Under the pieces are notes generated by a model. The model was not told the DNA's origin, made no database searches, and was given only the letters and a program-made list of their open reading frames with translations. Of a stretch of 52,382 nucleotides of DNA, positions 17,053 to 23,598 are shown piece after piece. The DNA lies in IMG/VR virus record IMGVR_UViG_3300045988_148619. One strand, 5' to 3'. Within the stretch, counting starts at the first letter, position 1. The number at the start of each line of letters is the position of its first letter. Origin of the DNA: a virus. A program made the position numbers and the translations under genes.

Positions 17053-17256
17053 TTATATTACTGCATAACCTAGACTGTAAAGTCTTACACAGTCTTTTAT
17101 TAAGAAGTCTATAGATGGTAATTTCCCAACACTTTCACAGTGTAGCATGAAATCTTTTACCACTACATCATGGAATCTTTTTAACCCTGTCCAAGTTGGC
17201 TCTATCCCAGTTCTTTCTGCAATCTCCATATAAGCAAATAATATTGATACATTCAT
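17053..17256 (-). CDS. Hypothetical small protein
   Basis: 67 aa. ATG follows AGGAGAAAAG. Confidence 0.5.
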   Translation of the reverse strand: MNVSILFAYMEIAERTGIEPTWTGLKRFHDVVVKDFMLHCESVGKLPSIDFLIKDCVRLYSLGYAVI

Positions 17257-17346
17257 TTTTCTTTTCTCCTATTCTGTCTTTAAATTTTGGTTATTATTTT
17301 TCTTTTCTTTATACCTTGGTTGTGGTATATTATTAATTGAATTATA

Positions 17347-17490
17347 TTAGTGTTCCTTTTTGATAATTTGGTTGTATTCATTCATCAAGGAACTAAGCTT
17401 TACTTTAAGGGAATCATATTCTCTAACAGTTTTTGATTCTCTTAAACCTCTTATGGTTAGGTTCATTTCTTGAATTAACCTACTTTTCAT
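17347..17490 (-). CDS. Hypothetical small protein (47 aa)
   Basis: ATG at 17490 lies 7 nt after AAAGGAGG. The longer ORF-track start lacks an RBS. Confidence 0.45.
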   Translation of the reverse strand: MKSRLIQEMNLTIRGLRESKTVREYDSLKVKLSSLMNEYNQIIKKEH

Positions 17491-17589
17491 TTGAGTACCT
17501 CCTTTACTGGGTAACAAATTTTTACATAACTTCAGCAAGTTATCACTTTAATAATTAATATTTTATCACTTTAATGTTTACTATATATT

Positions 17590-17611
17590 TTGTTACAGCT
17601 TTCTGTAACAA
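17590..17611. repeat. 22-bp perfect inverted repeat TTGTTACAG-N4-CTGTAACAA, a candidate operator
   Basis: ttgttacagctttctgtaacaa. A near copy, ctgtttcagttttctgtaacaa, lies at 33795-33816. Confidence 0.6.
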
Positions 17612-17723
17612 CCCTGTATTTAATATACTACATATCAAATATTTTTGCAATACTTTTTAAAAAGTTTTTAAAAATATTTTTTCACTTGGGACACTCCAAG
17701 AATTTAAAGTGTCCCAAAGGAAT

Positions 17724-18971
17724 CTATTTAACTGGTTTGTGGCTTTTTGAAGGTACTTCCTTTGATACCCCTATCAAGTCACATAAAGCTTTAAACTCCT
17801 TTTTGTGGTTAGGCTTCAGCCCTTCTGTAACATATTGATAATGATGTATATATTGGTGTCTTATTGTGTCAGTTACATCTACATCTGAAGCAGTATCTAA
17901 ATAATGTTTAGAAAATTGTATTTTTATATTTTCCCCTTCAGTGTATTTAGCCCACTGAGTATTCATTTTGTCAGATATAACTATGTTCACATCTTCAAAA
18001 GAACAAGGCTTTAGGCCTACAGCTTCAGATTGTTCAGCTGTTACCTCTAACACCTGTCTTATAAGTTGTACATTCCATGTAATCAGTTTGCTATTTTCAG
18101 GTTTAGCTTCTATAGGTTCAGCCAAAGCCCCACCACATTCAGGACAAACCTCTGACCCTTTAGCCAAATGATGAACACACCCACAGTCAGTACATATATA
18201 TTTAACTGTTTCTTCAGCTGGTTCTTCTACTGGATTAGCCACCACAGGTTCAGCCACAGGTTCAACTACTGGCTCAACTGGTTCTTCAACAGGTTGTGCT
18301 GGTTTTTTAACTGGTGCATCAGCATCTACAAATTGAAACACTCCATGCCCAGCTTCTAAGCAGTCCCCACATATTACATTTACCTTTTTAGTAGCTCTTA
18401 TTATACAGCCACAGTTTGGGCAAACATACTTTCTTACAGATGATTTTTTGGCTGGTTCTTTAGAAGTTACCACACCATCTTTTCTTGATAAATTGAAGGC
18501 TTCCTTGTTTATGTCTGATTTGTCTATTAAGCCCATAGTTCCTGATTGAAGCTTAGTTAGTGACCACCCTATTCTTTCATCATGCTCAATGACTAACCCT
18601 GATCTTTCAGCCACTTCTTTAAACCTTTTATTGTGATATGTCCCACCTCTTGAAACATCCCTTATATCATTTTGTAAACAGTACAGGTGTACCATTTCAT
18701 GTATTAATGTTCCCATTACTGGATATACCCCCCTATTTAATCCTTCAGCTACTATATTAACTTCATATCTTTCCTCTTTTGTTTCTTGATTTCTCCAAGC
18801 CTTGTTTACTGTACACCAGCCTAGACACCCTTTTCTATTTCCCTTTGATTGGATTAATATAGCTGGCTCTTTTAATTCTCCATTAAAGAACTCTTTGTTG
18901 AATATTGCAAATGCTTTGTGTAATTCTGTTATTACCACTTCAGTGTTTATATTTTTTGGTTGTGTTTTCAT
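17724..18971 (-). CDS. Tandem SprT-like zinc metalloprotease-domain protein with two zinc ribbons
   Basis: ATG at 18971 follows AAGGAGAAAA. The first domain has HEMVH. It carries the zinc ribbons CPNCGC...CGDC and CTDCGC...CPECG and a PVEEPVEPVVEPVAEPVV repeat linker. The second SprT-like domain has HQYIH, with Glu replaced by Gln. Confidence 0.65.
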   Translation of the reverse strand: MKTQPKNINTEVVITELHKAFAIFNKEFFNGELKEPAILIQSKGNRKGCLGWCTVNKAWRNQETKEERYEVNIVAEGLNRGVYPVMGTLIHEMVHLYCLQNDIRDVSRGGTYHNKRFKEVAERSGLVIEHDERIGWSLTKLQSGTMGLIDKSDINKEAFNLSRKDGVVTSKEPAKKSSVRKYVCPNCGCIIRATKKVNVICGDCLEAGHGVFQFVDADAPVKKPAQPVEEPVEPVVEPVAEPVVANPVEEPAEETVKYICTDCGCVHHLAKGSEVCPECGGALAEPIEAKPENSKLITWNVQLIRQVLEVTAEQSEAVGLKPCSFEDVNIVISDKMNTQWAKYTEGENIKIQFSKHYLDTASDVDVTDTIRHQYIHHYQYVTEGLKPNHKKEFKALCDLIGVSKEVPSKSHKPVK

Positions 18972-19073
18972 GGTTATTTTCTCCTTAAATCTGTATAAAT
19001 TTTTATATAAATCATGTACTGGATAACTCAGACATTTCTTTCTGACTTCTTGCCTGTTTCTGAATACATTATT

Positions 19074-19102
19074 ATAATAGCAAAAGTTTGAAACACTTGC
19101 AA
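19074..19102 (-). promoter_or_regulatory. SigmaA-type promoter for the SprT-like gene
   Basis: Minus strand TTGCAA, a 17-nt spacer, then TATTAT. It lies 7 nt downstream of the palindrome at 19110-19127 and after the GNAT-gene terminator. Confidence 0.5.
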
Positions 19103-19109
19103 CACTTTT

Positions 19110-19127
19110 TTGAAAAATATTTTTCAA
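19110..19127. repeat. 18-bp palindrome copy (TTGAAW-N6-WTTCAA family)
   Basis: ttgaaaaatatttttcaa, a perfect palindrome. Confidence 0.8.
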
Positions 19128-19211
19128 TTTTTATCAAAATAAAAGAACCCACTGGGCTTAAACTGTGTAAACTCAATGGGTTCAGGCATTTCTATAATTT
19201 TATATAAATTT

Positions 19212-19853
19212 CTATAAAGGCTCTGCTTTTTTGAAATTATCTAAGAATAAATATGTATTTAATCCCTTTATGGTTCTTTTTAATGTTTTGGTTTCAGCTG
19301 GTTCATCAGAACAATGTATATACATTTCCCCTAGAGTTGCATATTTAAACCCAGCCCTTCTGAAGAAGCTCATAATCCTTTGATTTTCCTTATCATATTG
19401 CCCCTCAAACATTTCAAAAGGCTGTAATGGGTCTTTAGGGGTAACACAGAATTGATATACTTTAAACTTGCTCTGTACCTGTTCCATAAACAGTTTTAAA
19501 ATCTTACTTCCCACACCTTCTCCCCTATAAGGAGCCATTGCTTCAATATCTAGGATTTTACATATATTAGAATCTATAAAAGCCCCTTCTATATAACCTC
19601 CCCTTTTAGTGTACATATATAATTTATAAGTATCTGAATTATAAATTAATGTTTCAGGATCAATGCCCATATCTAAAAATAACATTGTATTCCACATAGC
19701 TTTAGGTGTGGCATCATTAATTGGCTCCCTATGTTTAGTATCAAGATTCATATTTATAGCTTTAAATATAAGTTTTTGCATCCTTACCCTTGTGCCTGTA
19801 GCTTCTATCTCTTCAACTTGCTTATTTGTTATTTCAATATATTTTCTTTCCAT
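19212..19853 (-). CDS. GNAT-family N-acetyltransferase with an unknown N-terminal domain
   Basis: 213 aa with an AAGGAGGGG RBS. YRGEGVGSKILKLFMEQV looks like acetyl-CoA-binding motif A. Confidence 0.55.
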   Translation of the reverse strand: MERKYIEITNKQVEEIEATGTRVRMQKLIFKAINMNLDTKHREPINDATPKAMWNTMLFLDMGIDPETLIYNSDTYKLYMYTKRGGYIEGAFIDSNICKILDIEAMAPYRGEGVGSKILKLFMEQVQSKFKVYQFCVTPKDPLQPFEMFEGQYDKENQRIMSFFRRAGFKYATLGEMYIHCSDEPAETKTLKRTIKGLNTYLFLDNFKKAEPL

Positions 19854-19921
19854 AGCCCCTCCTTAGTCCCTGTTTATTTAGAGTATAACACAAAAGGGAC
19901 AGCCTTAAACTGTCCCTAAAA

Positions 19922-20686
19922 TTAATTTATCCAATCTGTGGCAAAATGATGTCCTCCTATGGTCTGCATTGGGGTTAGGTGTTGCCAAATACTATGGCTA
20001 GGCCTTACCCATGTAGCCCAAAAGAATTTAACATTATCAGCCACTGCCTTCTCACCAGCCAAAGCCCTTTTAACTGCTTCTTTTGTTTCTTCTGAAGGCA
20101 CAGCTGTATTTATAGCAGAATTGCCTACAGGCTGAAACTGTCCTTTTTGGTATATCACACCTTCTATTGTATTAGGAAATGCTTCTGACTTCACCCTATT
20201 CAGAACAACATTAGAAACAGCAATCTTTCCCTGCATACTCTCACTTCCAGCTTCACATTGTACCAACCTTTCTAAAAGTCTTATATCTGAAGCTGTAGCT
20301 GTTATAGTTTCATTACTAACCTTTTTATTGCCCTTCTCAGAGGTTTTCTTAGCCTTAGTTGATGTTTGATGCCCTTTAATCTCTTTGGTTAATTGGTCTA
20401 ATAAATCCTCTTTGGCTGAAATTTGATCCCTAAGCCCAGCATTTATTTTTTGAAGTGTTTTGTACTTCTTTTGGAGTTTATCAAAGTCACTGTCTGACTG
20501 CTCCAGTTGGCTTACCAGCTTGTCAATCATCTTGTTCAACTCCTGTTGGTAAGCATTGTCTGATTTTACTTTTTGTGTATACTCTTCTTGTAAAGTGTTA
20601 TATTTTATATTTTTTGATATAACCAAACCTGTGAGGGACAGCATAACAGCCCCAGCACAGGTGAATTTAATTATCTTTTTATTCAT
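19922..20686 (-). CDS. SleB/CwlJ-type cell wall hydrolase with an N-terminal membrane anchor and coiled coil
   Basis: 254 aa. LLERLVQCEAGSESMQGKIAVSNVVLNRVKSEAFPNTIEGVIYQKGQFQPV matches the Hydrolase_2 (spore cortex-lytic enzyme) signature. The N-terminus has the TM segment CAGAVMLSLTGLVI. Confidence 0.7.
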   Translation of the reverse strand: MNKKIIKFTCAGAVMLSLTGLVISKNIKYNTLQEEYTQKVKSDNAYQQELNKMIDKLVSQLEQSDSDFDKLQKKYKTLQKINAGLRDQISAKEDLLDQLTKEIKGHQTSTKAKKTSEKGNKKVSNETITATASDIRLLERLVQCEAGSESMQGKIAVSNVVLNRVKSEAFPNTIEGVIYQKGQFQPVGNSAINTAVPSEETKEAVKRALAGEKAVADNVKFFWATWVRPSHSIWQHLTPMQTIGGHHFATDWIN

Positions 20687-21056
20687 ACCTTTGACCCCTT
20701 TTTGTATTCTTATCCATGTTCTTTAGGTTGTTGGTTACTCTATGATACTGCAAAGCATCTAAGGTTGCTTCTTCTTGTACTAACACCCTCTTTCTCCCCC
20801 TCCTATACAGCTGATGTTCTGATAAAACAGGATATTCTTCTAATGCTACCTTATTACACCTTGTATCTGTATAAGTTTCCTTTAACAGCCAAGTGCCTAG
20901 CATTTCTAGTAAAGTAGGTGGAAGATGCTCCCCTACCTCCATATAATATGTTTCATTTAGTTCTTCCACAGTTCTTTTTCTTTCTTCTATAGGTGGAAGT
21001 GTTTCCACTAACTGCTCCACCTCTTTAGTGTATTTATCTATCAGTGTATTTTGCAT
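20679..21056 (-). CDS. Hypothetical protein
   Basis: 125 aa, overlapping both neighbours in an operon-like arrangement. Confidence 0.5.
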   Translation of the reverse strand: MQNTLIDKYTKEVEQLVETLPPIEERKRTVEELNETYYMEVGEHLPPTLLEMLGTWLLKETYTDTRCNKVALEEYPVLSEHQLYRRGRKRVLVQEEATLDALQYHRVTNNLKNMDKNTKRGQRYE

Positions 21057-21354
21057 CCAATTCCCTCCATTTATCTACCACCTTTTGAAATTTAACCTTT
21101 ACTTTTTTAATGTGGTCAAGTACAGCCTGTTGTGTTATCCCCATTTTGACTGATGTTTCTTCTTGTGTATACTGCTGTATAAAGTATAGATTTAGAACCT
21201 CTAACTGTTTCTGAGTAAGTTTTGCTTCTTGAATAAGAAATTCAACATCAATCAGCAAGTCAATTTGGTTTATTTCCCCTGAGTAGGCACCTTCTTTTAT
21301 TTTGTCTTGATTACTTAGAACCCCCAACATAAATGGTGCTGTGTAACTATTCAT
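21034..21354 (-). CDS. Sigma-70 region-4-like HTH protein, a possible late transcription regulator
   Basis: ATG at 21354. LTQKQLEVLNLYFIQQYTQEETSVKMGITQQAVLDHIKKVKVKFQKV resembles a sigma region 4.2 HTH. Confidence 0.55.
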   Translation of the reverse strand: MNSYTAPFMLGVLSNQDKIKEGAYSGEINQIDLLIDVEFLIQEAKLTQKQLEVLNLYFIQQYTQEETSVKMGITQQAVLDHIKKVKVKFQKVVDKWRELDAKYTDR

Positions 21355-21919
21355 CACACAACACCCCACTGTCCATAAGGTCTTTAACTTTTCTTCTTAA
21401 ATCCTCAATAGATCCATCATTCACTATTGTTATATCAGGCCTTACAAGGTCAACTTGTTTCTCTGTTTCATGTTCTAAAGCTTCTTCTGTAAAAATATCC
21501 CCTGAAGCTAAACTTCTTTTAAATCTTGTTTCCTTTGGGGCTTCTACTTTGACAATCAAGTATCCCTCTTTTCTTAACCTGTCTGCTTCATTAAGTTGCC
21601 TCCCATCTGTCACAACAACCCTAAAAGGCTTTTTATTGTTCTTGTTTTCAACACTAAGCTTCAAGTCCATTTTATGGTGTAGAACCCTTTTTAATAAGTA
21701 TGTAATCCAAACATCATTGTCAAGCTCCCTCATACTTTGCCCTATGTGTTGATAGTGTTTCCTAGGTTTCCCATAAGATAATGCTGTTGGAAAATACTTA
21801 ACTATTATTTCACCAATCCCTTGAGCAAAGGCAAATTTTTCAAAACCATATTCTTCTGCAAGAATATCTGCTACTGTGTCCTTGCCAGTTCTCATCTTTC
21901 CAAATAATGCAATTTTCAT
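21347..21919 (-). CDS. Deoxynucleoside monophosphate kinase-like P-loop protein
   Basis: The likely start is ATG at 21919, 8 nt after GAGAGG. It has the P-loop LFGKMRTGKDT and resembles phage dNMP kinases. The ORF-track start at 21973 would lie inside the promoter-like motif. Confidence 0.5.
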   Translation of the reverse strand: MKIALFGKMRTGKDTVADILAEEYGFEKFAFAQGIGEIIVKYFPTALSYGKPRKHYQHIGQSMRELDNDVWITYLLKRVLHHKMDLKLSVENKNNKKPFRVVVTDGRQLNEADRLRKEGYLIVKVEAPKETRFKRSLASGDIFTEEALEHETEKQVDLVRPDITIVNDGSIEDLRRKVKDLMDSGVLCDE

Positions 21920-21954
21920 TTTCATATCCTCTCTTTCCTGTTTTCTGTATATAT

Positions 21955-21986
21955 GTATATGTTCAGTTTTCAAGGGTTTGTGTGAC
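21955..21986 (-). promoter_or_regulatory. Bipartite promoter-like motif copy (GTCACA-N15-TGWAC-CTAWAY)
   Basis: Minus strand GTCACAcaaacccttgaaaacTGAACATATAC, 35 nt upstream of ATG 21919. Confidence 0.6.
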
Positions 21987-22200
21987 CAAAGCTAGAACTA
22001 TGTGTACTTAGATATTCCAGTTTATTCCTCTTAGCTTAATTTTTATTATTGTATGTGTTCCAGTTTTATGTTAAAATACTGTTTAATGATGTGTACCTGT
22101 GTTGACTATCTATAATAAAACAAATAACATACACAGCAACACACATTAGGGAATAGGAAAATATTTACATGGGGATGTAAAAAGGAGTAATGACAACAAC

Positions 22201-22599
22201 ATGAAAAGGATTGAATTAATTGAAATCACACATGGTAACACAAAAGAAGCTGGAACATCATTTGACCAGTTATTCAGGAATAATGATATTTACTGTAAAT
22301 TTAAATTGGCTGACAGAATGAAAGAAAGGGGGCTAACAGTAAGAAGATTAGCAGAGCTTTCAGGGCTAAGACTTGCAACAATATCTGAATTAATGAATGG
22401 TAAAAAAGGGCTTGTGAATCTTCAGCACATAGCTGTTTTGATGCTAGTTTTAGGATTATCAGATATAAATGATATAGTTGAGATATACATTAGTGACAAA
22501 TTAAAAGAACAGTTTACAGCAGAAACAACTCAATGGATAAAAACAGGTGAACCACCTCAAAGAGTTTATGATGCTTCAGAAATACTAAATGGCAAGTAA
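22201..22599 (+). CDS. XRE-family HTH transcriptional regulator, the likely lysogeny repressor
   Basis: 132 aa and one of only five credible plus-strand genes. RGLTVRRLAELSGLRLATISELMNGKKG is an HTH_3-type motif. It is divergent from the early operon. Confidence 0.65.
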   Translation: MKRIELIEITHGNTKEAGTSFDQLFRNNDIYCKFKLADRMKERGLTVRRLAELSGLRLATISELMNGKKGLVNLQHIAVLMLVLGLSDINDIVEIYISDKLKEQFTAETTQWIKTGEPPQRVYDASEILNGK

Positions 22600-22622
22600 C
22601 TTAATACTTGCCATTTTTCTAT

Positions 22623-23114
22623 TTATCCAATCTTATAGCCAGCTTCCCCTACAAGAACACCATCCCTATAGAACCTTTCCACTAGCTCACCAGTTTCTTT
22701 ATGCAGGTAGTACTTACAAACTAAGTCCCCACCATTTTCTTCTCTTTGGAACTCTAAATCAGAATCTTTATAAACTGATTTAATCTCTTTTCTTCCTATT
22801 GAGTCAGCTTCCCCTTTGGCTCTAGCCCTTGAGTAGTCATCCATGAAGCTTTTGTTTTCATTGTCCACTGCTTTCTTAATGTTTCCTTTTTCATCAAGCT
22901 CAACAGCCACCTTGAATATTTCAGGCACTCCCTCATGCTCTACATTTAAATAGTGCATTTCTTCACCTACTTTGAAAACAAGACCTATTTCAGCATCTTT
23001 TATTTTGAATTGAGTTTCAGGGATTCCAGCCCTTTGTTGTATATCTGTTGTAACCTCTTTTATTAATTTTGGCAGTTTATTTAATGATGTTTCACCTTTA
23101 AATTTTATTATCAT
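22623..23114 (-). CDS. Hypothetical protein
   Basis: 163 aa, convergent with the repressor gene. Confidence 0.5.
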   Translation of the reverse strand: MIIKFKGETSLNKLPKLIKEVTTDIQQRAGIPETQFKIKDAEIGLVFKVGEEMHYLNVEHEGVPEIFKVAVELDEKGNIKKAVDNENKSFMDDYSRARAKGEADSIGRKEIKSVYKDSDLEFQREENGGDLVCKYYLHKETGELVERFYRDGVLVGEAGYKIG

Positions 23115-23131
23115 ATGGTTTTGATCCTCTC

Positions 23132-23470
23132 TTATAATTTAGTTTCTTTAATTTTGTATTCCTCTATAACACATTCTACTGAGCAGAAGCTCAAGCCATC
23201 AGCATGACTTTTATATGCTTCATATTCAGGAAGTAATGGCAATCCACACACCTCACAATATTCTGAAGTAGTACTTTCTATTTCTTCAATCTCATGCCAA
23301 TCTAAAGCACAGTATAGGTCACAGAATTGACCTTCACCATCTTCATAAATATCCTGACCTTCTTTCAAAGGGTCATCACAGCAGAAGCAATAGCCTACTA
23401 TATCAGGTTCCCTGTAATAAGGCTCAGCTGTTATGTAGCCATCAATTATATTTGAATCTCTAAAAGCCAT
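23132..23470 (-). CDS. Cys-rich protein with two FCS/TRASH-like zinc-binding motifs
   Basis: 112 aa. It carries CFCC...FCDLYC and CEVC...FCSVEC. Confidence 0.5.
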   Translation of the reverse strand: MAFRDSNIIDGYITAEPYYREPDIVGYCFCCDDPLKEGQDIYEDGEGQFCDLYCALDWHEIEEIESTTSEYCEVCGLPLLPEYEAYKSHADGLSFCSVECVIEEYKIKETKL

Positions 23471-23498
23471 TGTAAGCCCTCCCTATTAATTTATAGAT

Positions 23499-23530
23499 AA
23501 TTAGGTTCATGTGCTTCCAGTTGGTGTGAC
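23499..23530 (-). promoter_or_regulatory. Bipartite promoter-like motif copy (GTCACA-N15-TGWAC-CTAWAY)
   Basis: Minus strand GTCACAccaactggaagcacaTGAACCTAATT, 28 nt upstream of ATG 23470 and preceded by GGGGTGGGG. Confidence 0.6.
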
Positions 23531-23542
23531 CCCCACCCCTAT

Positions 23543-23568
23543 AAAAAAGAACAGGCTTTCACCTGTTC
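23543..23568 (-). terminator. Intrinsic terminator after the DNA polymerase gene
   Basis: Minus strand GAACAGG tgaaag CCTGTTC, followed by TTTTTT. Confidence 0.75.
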
Positions 23569-23580
23569 TGTTATTTTTTT

Positions 23581-23598
23581 TTGAAAGTTATTTTTCAA
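23581..23598. repeat. 18-bp palindrome copy (TTGAAW-N6-WTTCAA family)
   Basis: ttgaaagttatttttcaa, straddling the polymerase stop codon. Confidence 0.8.

Noticed and set aside
17590-17838. An 82-aa plus-strand ORF downstream of the 22-bp palindrome.
   Set aside because: It has no RBS, runs antisense into the SprT-like gene 3' end, and its sequence is low-complexity.
22589-22783. A 64-aa plus-strand ORF following the repressor gene.
   Set aside because: It overlaps the convergent 163-aa minus-strand gene antisense. It has no RBS and begins inside the repressor stop region.
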